NCBI GenBank assembly: GCA_965112155.1
Contig: OZ218099.1
Length of the DNA stretch: 64,000 nt
Strand: one strand, 5' to 3'
Source: Podarcis liolepis
Taxonomy: Eukaryota
Below the pieces are notes generated by a model. The model did not search any database, was not told the origin of the DNA, and saw only the letters and a program-made list of their open reading frames with translations. Position numbers and translations under genes: made by a program. Positions 1 to 13,664 of this stretch are shown piece after piece; positions within the stretch are counted from its first letter, which is position 1; each line of letters begins with the position of its first letter.

Positions 1-3000
1 GTTCAAAAGATAAAATTGTAGTCTGGACTGAGACGTAGGATGTTCTGTTTATGTAACATTTTCTCATGTATTTTTGGAACTTAAAATAAGCTGTTTTACC
101 TAAAGGCTTAAAGCAAGACTACTCCTTTGAACTGTACCAAAAAAAAAGTCCTGTCATTTGCTGGCAAGTCATCTCCATATGGCAGGGGTAGCTTACCTGT
201 GGTCCTCCAGATATTCTTGGACTACAAATTCCCATCAGCTCCAATCAGCGTGACCAAATGTAGCCCCATGCTGCCAACCACAGTTTAGCCACTCCTGCCT
301 TATGGTTAATCTCATTCATGGACTGCATAAACCTATGCCTGCTGCTTTTCAAGTTTGCAAAGTTTTTATTCCTGTATTTGTTTTTAAGATATTTGTGTGA
401 GACATCTTAGTTTTAAAATTGAGGGGACTGTTTTTTTAGAAATCTAAGAGGTGGTGAGAAGTTACTAGAACCCTGTAAGTCTCCAAGAAAGGTGTTACGG
501 ACAGCCTTATATACAGATTCAGTGTAAAGTGGAGTATCCAACAATTGGTTGTTTAATGCAGCAGAATGTCTCTTGAAATACAAGCCTTGTGTCCTCAGAT
601 CCACCAATCTGGACTGATGGGTGACTTCTCAGGCTGTCCAGTCAGCATCTCCTTTATATTCCCTTGTGAGGTTTTTGAAATCCGGCAGAGTAAAAATCCT
701 CAGAGCTTTGTGCCTGTCATTCCTCCAGTTGCTTGTACTTCCTTTGGACAATTCTGCCATGTATGTGTGTCTGTATGTTGCGGCTTTGTTCATATAGCTC
801 AGAGCTTTCTATTTCCTATGAATATATCAGTTTCATTTCCTTATTTAGAAACTCTTCCTTGTTTTGATTCTAAAGCTATCCAAATAATTATAGATGGACT
901 TTGGAAAAGTATTCCTGTTACTTATATGGTCAGTTCTGAAAACCAGAAGATGCAGATATTTCAGTAGACATTCTTATAAGATGTCCAGTTTCTCATCCAA
1001 AAAGAAGAGAAGCAAGGTTCAGCCTGCAGAGTTCTTGCATCCAACAGTACCACCATTTATAAAATGCCATATTAATTTAAGGACTTTGGACTTATCCCCA
1101 TGTTAGAATATATAAGCTAGCTGGACACAGTCTTTTCACAATAACCTCATAGGTCCTTTCTCTATGTAGTGGTTCTGCGCATCTTTTGTCTTTCAACTTT
1201 TTCTCTTTGATAGATTTCACCTTCATAAGACCTTTATTCTTAGTAAGCTAACTCATCACCTTCTACTGACTTTCTTTAATAGTGATATTTTTCATCCAGT
1301 GACTTTCTGAACTGGAATTTCTGTAGATAATAGCTGTTCTTGTCTGTCAGTTCTTCTTGCATCTAATAATAAAATCCCTAGTTTCAGGCTCATCAGGCAG
1401 CTGGTGGTATTGCTTTGAATTTAAGACTATTTTGATAAAGTAGGTTGGCCAAGGGGAGAAATAAGTTTTTTCTGCAACAGCCAGCTTCCCAAATATTGTG
1501 TTGGGGTTTTTTCTAGACCACCCACTGTATAGATAAACATATCTTGCATTTGACACTGAACATCATCAATAATCTGTTTTGAGAATAAACTTGTTATGTA
1601 GTCTGTGAAAGGAAGCCTGTTTCTATCGTAAAATTTGTGTTGGGTAGTTCTTTTGAAATAGGAAAGGCTTGTTTTATCCATTTGTCCCCCTCACCTTTAC
1701 AAACTCCTCATTTAGTATTTAGGCTGCAATCCTATACCAGCTTACATAGGAACAAGCCTCACTGAAGTCAGTGGGGCTTACTTCTGAGTAGTCTTGTCTA
1801 GCATTGCACTGCGAGTGTTCAGTGGTTAATTTTTTTATCTTATGTCTCAGATTTATGAAGGTTTTATTAGGAGCTGGTATGTTAACAAGTAAGGATCATA
1901 ACATCTAAAAAAATATCAAATTCTTTTTGAAAATCTTTTGCTAATGTGGGTTTTTCTAATATGTCATTCTTCTTCTAGACACCTTTTCTTGTGTTGGATA
2001 TTTACTTTGTTACCTGGTATGGAAGTCCATATGTGCTATGAATGAGGCCATTTGTTGTTACTGGATTAAATCTTGATTTCCAGTCATTGTAGATAGTGTT
2101 TCATTAGTTGGTTGTTATTCTTCATTCTGTATAAAAGAGCAGCCTAAACATAACTGTCTTGATTAGATTTTGGGAGTGTAGTTTGTCATCCCATTCATCT
2201 AGATGGGTAATGCTGAAATTTCAGAGAGGATATTTTCTCCTGAGGAGGCTAGGCATTTGGGCTTTGTTTTGAAGGCTTTATCCTATTTTTCTAAACGATT
2301 GAAAATGTTGGACAATTTGCTTGATCTTTGTGTCCTTAAAGCTAATGGCAGTCATTGGTTATACTGCTCCTTACCCACATTTAATTGCCCCTTAGGCATA
2401 CTTTGTTGGGTTCACAGGTTGTGTTCAGGGGCTTCAGTGATGGAATCTTCAGATAAGAAATTGCAGCTTTTATTACAGGCAGGTTGAGGAAAGGAATGTA
2501 TCTTCTTTAAAGCTCTTCATTCCAAGATTTTCTCTGTCCAGAATTCAACTGCCCCCCAAAAAACAGCTATGGAGGAGATTACCAAAACACATTGTTCAGG
2601 TGAAAAGTGGTTTCAGAAGGGGATAAATATACTTGGTGATAAGTATCAATGTGTGCTTGCAGGCTTCTCTGTTTATAAGGAAGAACTGGTTTTAGCATAA
2701 TGTTAGCTTTCTTTCTGTAGAATTTGTGGTTGGCTACTTTATTCAAAGTGAAGCTGCCTGGTATGTTCTGCAGCCAAATGTAAATTAGGCATAAAGCTTT
2801 GTGGAAAACTGCTGCCAGTGTGCCCATCACCAGGTTAGAGTGTATTCACACTTTATTGCACCGTCTTGTGCCTTCTCCTGTCACCTTGGCTAGTTAAGGA
2901 GCAGAGTTCTTTATGTGTGTTGTAAAAGTTACTTTATGTGCTAACATTGTGGTTAAAATGATGTTACATATGTGTAATTGTAATATGTCTGTATTGGTCC

Positions 3001-4080
3001 TATAGTTTTAACTTGATAAATTTAAGACTAGTTACTCTGACTTGATGTTTTATGGTGTGTCTAGGTCCTTGCCAAGGCTTGAATTAGATCTCCTGAATTA
3101 GCAGTTACCTCAGATGCCACATGTATATAAAGGCAACAACTTATTTGCGCATGTTTGTGCACATGCGCATCAAATTGACCTGTAAGTGGCTGGAAAAGGA
3201 GGTATAATGGGGCAGAGTGGGCTTATGTGTGCTCCACCATCGTGCACACACTCCCACACAAATCAGGGGTTGCCTGTAATTCTTCTGTGTAGTATAGATT
3301 GACAGAGATTCTCATTTTGTGTTTTGTAAACAGTGTAGTACTTCATTTTCATAGTTTCACCATAGAATGTTAACATAGCAACAACTTCCACAGTGGGAAG
3401 GTTCGCATAAGTCCTATGATAGATCAGTATTGTTACTACTCGCTCTTCCATTTTCCCCTCCTTTTTTTTCTACCTCTGGCTTGACTTGGGTTCTTCTGAT
3501 TTGGATGGACTAGGGTCAATTTTTTCCATAGATTGATTGTAGATTATTCTGCAAGTTTGTAGAGGTGGTAGATGTACAGTCTTCCATGCACATGAGTCTG
3601 TTGCTTAATTCTAGGTAAACTATACAGTAAGATACAGAATGCACAATAACATCTGTAGACCCTAGGGGCTGTTCTGGTACTGTGGTGATTTATGTTTGAC
3701 TCACAATTGTTGCAGCCCTGGTTGGGTATTTATATCATATATGGAGCCCTGTTAATGAGTCCTGGAGGCTGCTATAGTGAACCACGTTGAGACTAGAAAT
3801 ATTTCATTTTCCTTGGTGGTTTGCTGCCATATTGCAAAAGATCAGACATAAGAGTTTCCGCTTCCCAAAGCACAACTGGGAGATAAAACACTTTGCCAGA
3901 ACAGCAGCAGGTATGCTTCTTCCCTGTTGTAGTGCAGCTGTGTTTGTTGCACAGTGGCTGCAGAGAGTGGGCTTTCTTGAAAGTAAAAGGCCAGGTAAGA
4001 GTTTTTTCCAAGCTGGTTCTGCCCTGTTTACTGATGTTTAGCTGCTTCAGCTAAAGCAGATTGGTAAACTCTGGTATTCA

Positions 4081-4270
4081 TTGGGGTGGAATCTACGTTC
4101 ATTCATTGGGGTGGAATCTAAAAACGTTGTGAAAATGCTTCTTCTAAAATCGTTTTGAAAAATACATGGAATTTGCTATAGCTCACAGTCGGCATCTAGT
4201 GTCACAATTGTTTATTGCACTTTACAACACATTCAAAACGTTTTGTTTGCAGCTGTTATAGCTAAGTCCT
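4081..4270. repeat. Dispersed repeat (probable MITE), copy 1
   Basis: Colinear with 7201-7373 (gaaaaatacatggaatt, ctagtgtcaca, attgcactt, tttgcagctgt); has a 20-bp direct duplication at 4076-4095 / 4101-4120. Confidence 0.6.
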
Positions 4271-7200
4271 CCAGATCTCCAGATTGTATTTCTTTGCAAG
4301 AAGTGAGATACAGACAGATACTTTCAAGCTGACCATCACCTTGTTACATTTCATCAGAAAGAATTCTGCTTAATTCTTGAACCCCAATAGTTCACAGTTC
4401 CTGCTAAGTCTTTTACACAGCACTTTTCTTGCTGTACACTATAAAACTGACAGCATTGAGGGGAAGTGAATGTGGCTAGAGAGCTCGAAAGGGGTTTGCA
4501 AGTGATCCAGATCAACATCTTGACTACGTTCATAAGTCATTAGTTTCTCTTTGAATACAGAATTGTTGAGGCCATTCAGGTTACATAGATGAGTTGCATG
4601 TAGAGGAATAAGTTACTGCAGTTGGAGCATGGCTTCCTAAGATAGGCACTAAGATCCAAAGTACACACTTCAAAACTTGATGAAATTGAACCAAAGTTCT
4701 TGATTCTGAAGGCTGCAGCATGGATGGCATTGCGTTAAATCTTCAGGTCTTAAAAAAACAAAATAAAATCAGAGCAAGGGAGATTTGGCCATAATTAAAT
4801 CATGTCTGCTGGAACATGACTTTAATCCCGAAGTACCTAATGATTCTGCACATCTAGAATAGAAGAGCAAGTACTAGACTGGCAAGTTCCCCCTAAGCTT
4901 TCTTCTTCAGAGTACCTGTGTTGAACAGCCCCATAATAATCTAAAACTCTAGCTGGAGAACTGCCCCCCCCCCCCACAATGTCCTTTTCATGCAGCTTCA
5001 AACTTCCCCTCAAGGGTTGGGGCAGGCACCATCCAACTCAGGTTTTTCTTTTTCCTTGATGAAGGTTCAGGATTTAGAAAAGTAAAATCTATTCAGAGAG
5101 AATTAATTCCAGTACATTTTTTTGACAAGAATTATAGAATTGTTATATTTGAGTAAAGACTGTCTCCATGCCAACCATTACAGTTCGCTTTATTTCACAA
5201 CAGAGATCGCCGGAATGATTATGGTGAGCTCATCTCCACTGTCTTAGACAAGGTTCCTTATCATTTTACTCTTCCGAAGGATGCTTTCATATACACGTTG
5301 CTTTAGGAACAGTGGTACAACCCTCACAGTTGCCTAAGGCATTATTTATCCTGTGTATCTCACCTTAGATCCTTGAAGAAGATGCCTTAAGGACTTCGTT
5401 TCTTCTCTTACTTTTTTGAATTTCTAGGAACGGTCATTGTATCCACCCCCCATTCCTATTGGAAACCTCAACACCACTGAGAGATCAGAATAATTTACTT
5501 TCTCTCTTCTTACTTGTGAGCCTCTGGTTGGATTTTCCTTTTTTGTGGGGCGGGAATCCTAAGAAGCAGATCAGAGAAGCAGCATGGCAGATCTCTGTGT
5601 CCCCCTCTCTGTCTCTCCTTAATTAGCAGAGGACTCAAGGAGATTTGGATGCATCCCTTTTCCTAACAGTCTTGACTTGACCGTTGGTTTTTATGTATGT
5701 AAACATACTGAATCTTCCTCCCCTGTTTGTTCTGCCCCTGCAAAGGGGTAGGTTTTGTTAGTGTTAGAAGAGGAGATTTCTTACCTGGAAATACTTGTGA
5801 GAGATTCGGATCCAGAAACTTCCTTGTTCCTCACACAATCACAGAGTGGACAGTGAAAGCTAGCTTCTAGCTCTTCCAGTTTCTTAGGGAAGAATTCAGT
5901 TCACTCCGATCTAAATAAGTAGGGTAATAGTTACTTCTCCTGATTGGTGGATCCAAGACACAAGCACTAGTTTTCAGGTAAGAAATTTACCTTTATCAAA
6001 ACATGATGAAGCCATGTAGTGGTAAACAATGTAGCAAATTGTGACAAAGAAGGTCAGTGGCACTAATTAGTTGATTTTAGCTAGCAATTTTATTGCAGGT
6101 ATGTAGTTCATAGGACAAAAGGAAATACTGCATCTGAAATTAAGGCTTGCATGCTATTCCTAAATGGTCTTGCTTGGAGGTAAGCCCCATTTATTTCCGA
6201 GGGATTTACTCTCAAGTAAGGTGGCAGCGGATTATAGCCTTCCATGGCTTTCATGCATTAGTATGAGTGGTTTCAAAAAGGCTTTAAATGAACTGCCACA
6301 CACTTTGCTTTTTTTCCTTTTTCCAAAAAGAGAGATATAGACTAGCCCTTAACAAGGAACTGAAATGTGCTCATTTTGTATATAAAAGGCAGTCTGTCTT
6401 TTCAGTTACTATGTGTGTATGTGTTATTGTGTCATGTGATAACAGCACTGTGTTTTCCTGTCATTTTTACAACTCTTTCCTGGCTGAAGTGATACACAAG
6501 CAACAATGGGTAGTAATCACATTGCCCCGTTCACTTTCAAAAGGAGAGAAGCGGAGATGATCGTGAAACTTTCCAGCAGGCTACAGTAAGCGTGACTGTC
6601 TGTTAGCCCCGTTGTCAGATATTTTCATAATAGAAAAAGCAAAAGAAAGAAAAAGGCATGAACACCAATATAGATCCTTGCAGAAATTTGTCATATTATG
6701 AGTGAATTAATATATATATTTAAATTAATTATTAAATACTTTCAACATATATTTCATCATTATTGTTTAAAGCTTATTGCTGCATTCGTACTAGCAATTC
6801 CCAATGTTCTGTCCCAGCTGACTGTCATTGGCTCTAGAAAGACTGTGTATTTTTTTTTTTTAAGAGTACTGGTATTCAGAGGGTGACTCAGTGTTAGTTT
6901 ACAAAACCTCTCCTTTTAAAACCATAAACATATAATTCTCAAGCATGGTTGACCATAATGGATGGAGTTGATGCAGGTGTTATAAGGTTGTTGCATATTG
7001 CCTCCAAAAAGCCTTCACTGATAGAACAGCTCTAAAACCTGTGAATCAAGTGATCTTTTGTGAAGTATTATTTTATTTTTGTAGCTGCCATACTTCCAAC
7101 ACCTACTGATATGTAAAACTGCCCCTCCCCCAACAATTACCGTAATGGACCAGTGAAAGTGAAACGTATACTTCTGGTGAAGTAAGCCTGAGGCACAATT

Positions 7201-7373
7201 GAGGTAGAATCTACACACTTATAAAAACTGTTCTGAAAGCGCTTTTTTAAAAGTGTTTTTTAAAAAATACATTGAATTTCCCGTAAGGCTCACCATCACG
7301 ACTAGTGTCACATTGTATATTGCACTTAAAACACACTTAAAATGTTTTATTTGCAGCTGTATAGATGAGTCCC
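7201..7373. repeat. Dispersed repeat (probable MITE), copy 2
   Basis: Colinear with 4081-4270; ends gaggtagaatctacac / tgtatagatgagtccc. Confidence 0.6.
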
Positions 7374-10300
7374 AAGGCAACTGAAGAGTTGCCGTCCATT
7401 ACACGGGTGTTAGATTTTGTTCTGAATCTTCTTAATTCATAAGTAATTCATATTGGCTTTGAGTACTTCTAAAACATTTTAACATGACATTGTAGCGAGT
7501 CGTGGAGGATACGGAAACATTCTGAGAAGATCAAGTATTTTCATCAATTTGGCGCAGTTCATCAGGTCCAAATTTCTGAGTCAGGCAATACAGTACATTT
7601 CTGGGTAGCTAAAATGGTGTGACCTTAAAGCTACTCGTCCAAACAATGCAAATAACTGTGCTAGTTCCATGTTTACCCTTCCAGGAGAATAAAGAGTCTT
7701 CTCTAAGGTCCCCTGCCTCATACTCACCAAGAAGAAATAGTTAAACTTGTAATTTAGGAAATTAAACCAATCCTCATATAAAGGAAATTGTATTTTTATA
7801 CCCTATTTTAGATCGGACTTAAAACTCCATAAAAAGTTATAATAAAAGAATCTATTTCCTTAAAATATTTTTTGCTGAATGTGAAATTGTAACTTAGAGG
7901 TTTGGGGTAGCAGACTGCAGGCCTCTGGGGACTACTTTGTTATTTTCTTAGATCCCATGAACTGGAGACAGGTATAAAAGATTTATAACTGAAGTGTGTT
8001 AAGCCCAGGAATTTGCCTTTAAGTTTAGAAAAGAGCCTCTAGTGCTTCCTTACAAAAATATACTTGGTCATATATCATCCCCCCCCCCCCAGCTTGGTTT
8101 CCACAGGGATCATTTTGTTGTTGCCGTTGTTTGTTAAGTTGAAAGCCAGTCTTTGTCAATATACTTCACATCCCCCAGGGATCTGTCAGTAGATTCCAAT
8201 TTAACTACTCTGCTATCCCAAACAAGGTTATTGGGCTCATCACGTTCAAATGACTGATTTTGCTAAGTCATCCCATATATATATATATGAGATATATATA
8301 TATTTGCTAAGTCATCTCTCATATATATATATATGAGAGAAACACATCAGTACCCCTCCATGCTATAATTGCCTGAAGAAGGCTTCACTTTGCTGGTCTT
8401 ATGCGCAGAATCAGGCACATCACTAGCTCTGCTCCCTGGGCATCCATGCATAAGATTCTCCTCCGCAGAGATTGGGGTCTCATGCCATGACTATGATGCT
8501 TTGCCTTGAAAAGTGGCAATGCTTACAGGATGCATTTACATCGTTTGATATATTTCTTTGTTGTGATGAAGAGGGACAGGCAATTTTGTCCCAAAGCTTT
8601 TCTGCTTCAGTTTTTAGGCATCTGCAGCAGTATGGATGTCATTTACCAGCACATCTGTAATACCTCTTGTGCCAGTGCTGGAAAATCTGGGCAAAGCAAA
8701 CAAGAATGATCAAGCAGGATTCAAGAGTGCCTGTTGTCTTGCCAGGGCAGCAATATTACTTGATGCCTTGCCTCTTAGGAAAGAAATACTGTCTCCGATT
8801 GTTGGCTGTTGATGGTCTCACTCCTGTGAAATTATTTCTGTGTCCTTTCAGTTGCTGGTAGTTTGTTCATATTTTTTTTTGGTCATACTATAAAATGTGG
8901 CAAATGATTTTACTAGCGTAAGCACTTACAAGTGTTGCAATAATGGCTTTCAAGCTCCATAGCACTCCTTCTCGTAGTAAATCTGCCCCCTTAGCATGAA
9001 GGCCTTTTAAAATGTTCTTTTGCCATAGATTTGACTAATGGTTCCATTGTCTGTTGCAAAGTGCACTGTTATAACCACAGCACGTACACATATTTTCTGT
9101 AGACCTGGAAAGAATTAAAACTGGCTTCTTTTGTTAATCTATAAATTCTGAGATCTGTTGTATTGATAATTGCCCTCCATCAAGTTGGCTTTCCAAACCC
9201 TTAAGAACAAGGTACTGCTATGTTATCTTCCTGTACTAGAATATTGCTTTGTAGCCTTGCTTGCAGTGTGCTGTGTTAAGGTTTTACTACTCCACAGAGA
9301 TCCTGGGCTCATAGATCTCTCATTCACAAGGACCCCTTCTACATAATGCCCTGATTGGTGACAATGGAATCAGGAAGCATTAACGTATGATATTTCTGAT
9401 GAGGGGATTTAGAGCTATTGTGATATTGCCATAAAAACAGCTCTTTCCCCCAGTACTATTAGTCTGTGTGGAACAGTAGTGATCAGAACTGGGATCCCAC
9501 GGGCAATGTGTGATTGGCAACACTGATCACCTGCAGATGCATCTGTATAGAAGTCCTCTGTGCATAATTGCCCTGTCAGTATTTCTCATTGAGTCACAAA
9601 CAGTTTTATCACCCTTAGAACAAAAATGCTAAAGTTTGGGGTTTTAGCTGGAGCTGTATACCTGTCCCAAACCTTTGAGTTCTGTTTCAGCAGCTGCCTA
9701 GCAACTTGTATGCCTTCTAGATTGGCCTTATTAACTAGCACATGGTTCTCGTTCTACAAGAAACTGAGGCATATCCTTGTAAATTCCCCAAATCTGATGG
9801 CTTACTTTAGCAGAAGGTAAGATGGAAAAAATGAAATACTCCTCTCCAGAAAGTCAGAAACATTTAAAACAATAAAATAAACAGGCAATATGCCTATAGA
9901 AAAAGAAAGGTCTGCTGTGAACCAGCAGCTGCACTAATCAACTAATCTTGTCTGAATTAGATTTAAATTCCTTTAGCTCCATGCAGTGCATTACCAGTCT
10001 CAGTCACTGATTCTGCTAGGACTGAAATGGAAATGAGAGGTGGGAGAGGTGTTCAGGTCCTTGTCTGAACATGTAAGCACCAAATTGTGTAGGGATTCTG
10101 GGTCCAGTGTACAAGCCCTGCCCCCAACTTCATCATGCACACTTCCCTCATTCAGTCCCTGACCTTCTCTTGTGTAGGGAAGGTCTGTGTAGGGATGCTC
10201 CTCAGGTGAATGCAAGTACAGCTCTCTTCGTGATCAGTCATGTTCAAGTGAATGTGGGTAGAATCCCTATACAAGATGGGAACGTTTGGAGACTGAGTAG

Positions 10301-13300
10301 AGAAGGGGCATGTGCATTGACATTGAGGGCCAAGCTTGCATGCATGCTTCTGTCCCTCTATGTGGTTTGGCACTTTTGTAGTCATACACAGTTGGAGTTG
10401 GGTGTTATCAACTCCTGATGACATAGCACTCCAAAAACACTGAATAATCTTGTGCAGTGGTTTCTCGTAGATGTCAGACACCATGAGGCGCAGAATTGAA
10501 CTTTCTCCCTTGTTGGATATTCTTCAGTAATGTTAATTTAAATTTGATATGTATATTCTAAACACTGTTGTGCACCACCCTAAAATGATGTTAAGAGTGG
10601 TACAGAAATGTTTTGTATATATATTAAGCTCTGCTTTCCTGCAGCTTTCCTAACCAAAGGACAGTACATATTGAAAATGAGGATTTGTTCTGGTGTTACT
10701 TAAATACAGTAACCTTAAATGGATTTGTGTTGATGTGTAGTGACATTGACTTAAACCTTCACTGTGGATAGAACTCTGATTTACTTTTGTATACTTTGGT
10801 TTATAGTTATATTTTGAGTGCTACTATGACTTCTCTCTCCTTTTTCCTCCATATAAAAACCAAAAGCTTCTGGTAGCTAAATTAATTTCTTGGTATTTTA
10901 ATATTTGGTTGTATGAAAAGGAAAATGGAAGTAGTTTGCACACACAACTAAATTAGGCAGATTTTCTAAGCATCCAAATGATCCTTTCACCTAGGTATCT
11001 GAAGGGTTGATTAATGATAGAATCAGAAACGGTATCTGCCTTTGACTTTAAGATAAAAATATTGGAATTCCACGGAAACCTGTTAGATATTGTTTTATTC
11101 ATTACTTAACCTAGAGGGAGGCAGGGTCCTAGCCCACCAGCTCAGGCTTGTGACAATTTGGCCACATCTATCCCAAGGTTATCAGGGTGGGGGCAAGCCA
11201 TTTGAATTCTTCTACATGTTACTGATGTTCGAGTCCTGGAAATCTTGTCTTAGCAAGATGGTGAGCTGTGCTCTTGTTATATATGTGTTATTTGGGGGTA
11301 TTTCAGTAACTACCCATAATGCCCCCCCCCAAAAAAAATTAGTCATACTATGATGATGCCAATATTATTTGTATGAATTTTCAGTATCCTAGGAGTAGCA
11401 GACTTAGGGAGCAGTGTCTGTTTTTGTAAACGGGTTCTGGATGTTCAGCCTTGTAGCTGCAGAAGACAATTAGCAGGACATCAGTTTACTTTTTCGTAGG
11501 ATCTGGGGTGTCTGTTTTCCTATAGGTTGTTTTTTCTCAGGTTTATCTAAAAGCACGAGTATTTCATATTACCAGTATCCTGCAATGTGCTAGCAGATTG
11601 GGAGCAATTAATTCCCAACACCTGTGTAATGTGATTTCTAAGACAAATTGCTTTATCTTTAGCAGGTGCAAATGGCAAAGCTTACAATTGAATTTCTATT
11701 TATTCTTTTTTGTTTCAGCTTCTCTCAGCTTCTAAATTCTTTTCTTTTCCTTTTTCATTCATTAACATTTTGTAGAAAGGTCTTGTAGGTGGTTTATTTA
11801 TGACACAGGAATTCAGAGATGCTGATAGATTATTTTTTTTGCTCAGTATTATGTTGCCTCTATATTTATCTTGTATAGCTGAATCTATATTAAAGATGAC
11901 ATACCAAGATCAGGGGATGCTGGAGAAAGGGAGAGAGATACTTCATCATCTTCAGGAATTGGTATTCTTACGTAATGCCAGGCCTTTGTATTGCACCGTT
12001 CTGTATTTCCTCTTTTGTGGCAAACTGCAGTTGTAAGCCATGATCAAACCATGGTTAGCATTTCAGATTGCAGACAAACTTTGGTTTGCACAAACTATGT
12101 TTTCGCCTATTTGGATGTAACTGCAAACTGGTTTGCCACAAAAGAGGTTGTGTAACAGTGTGCAAGGGGAGGAAGGTGTGTACATGGCCAAGGCTCTGTT
12201 TGAATTGAGCCAGTGTCTAGGAACTAAAAAGCCTTAGATCAAGCCTTTTTGCCATCTAATATTCTTTCATTGGTTTTAGAGGGTCTTTCTTGAATTCATG
12301 TTTGGACTTATTCCAAAACTAGTATTCAGTGCTTTTGTTGAGTTTGATAATTTGATTAATTTCCCATAATTTTACTTGAGTGATTACTTCTGAAGTATTC
12401 TCTGCTTTTACCATAATCACAGTTTCTGATAAATGTACAAATATCCACATTAAATTTTCAGCTATCAGGTTTGACAAGTTCCTTGGTTCAGGGCTGAGAG
12501 GAAGGGCTTTAAAACTATGAAGCACTTCTAAAATTGCAGCTGAGGAGCCCAGAGTTTAACAGTCCAATCCTAAACATGCTTAATAATAATAATAATCCTA
12601 CTGAATTCTTTGAGACCTTCCTCTTACAGAGTAAGCTTCATTTTCAAACATTTGACACTGAAAATGATGGGTAGAAGATACTGGAGACTTTCACATTTGT
12701 CTTGAGATGAGCACTGTTCATATTGGAAGACAAAAATAGAAAAACTGTATTTCTTCATGCAGAACCACTTGTCAGCAAGAAAAGAAACCTAACACAGCTG
12801 TGGAAGTCTGTTTGACCCAATGTAAAAAATATCCTTTATTACTGACACCAAATTCTGCACACTTCTTCTAGCCTTAAAATATGCACCAGCGGCTTTGTGG
12901 CTTTTTGACTAATCTTCTTTTACTTCAAAAATACACTGACAGAATATTGGCTCTGCATGTATTTTTGGAGTTAACATGATCCCTTCGTTTTTTTCTGTTT
13001 TCTATTAATATTTATAAACTCTTCTCAGAAACCCAACAACCACAGGTATGGGTTTTCTTTATGGTATTATCAATGCAGGCAATAAAAGGGGAAAGACAAT
13101 CACCAGCCTAAACTTAACTCTGGAAGAATGTAGTTGCTTTATGTTACGTAGCATAGCTAATATTATCCTTCTGCATTTCATAGGAATATAATACAGTTTT
13201 ATGCAGGAATTTATAAACAACCACAGAAATAGACATACAATTATTGTAATATAAGAGACAGATGGTCTTGATTAATAGCTAAAAAAAATCTAGTTGCTTT

Positions 13301-13489
13301 AGGTGAAACTGTTTACAGTGTCCTGCCCTGTTACCTCCATCTAGATTAGATCCTTCATGGAAAGTATACTATTGCATTAGCTTTATGTTCACTACTCTGT
13401 AAAAATGCTTTAATCAGTGCTGTAAGAAAGAGAAAGTTTTCAATTGATATAAAATGTGGCAAAATCCCTTCCCAATTTTTTTTTGGCAG

Positions 13490-13664
13490 AGAGAGACTGA
13501 GAACACACAGCATTGAATCATCAGGAAAATTGAAGATTTCCCCTGAACAACATTGGGATTTTACTGCAGAGGACTTGAAAGATCTTGGAGAAATTGGACG
13601 AGGCGCTTATGGTTCTGTCAACAAAATGGTCCACAAACCAAGTGGGCAAATTATGGCTGTTAAA
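13490..13664 (+). CDS. MAP2K4: MAP2K4 exon 3 (175 nt), G-loop and catalytic Lys
   Basis: ttttggcag|A GAG AGA CTG ... GCT GTT AAA|gtaggt; encodes ERLRTHS...[23 protein letters not shown]. Confidence 0.97.
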
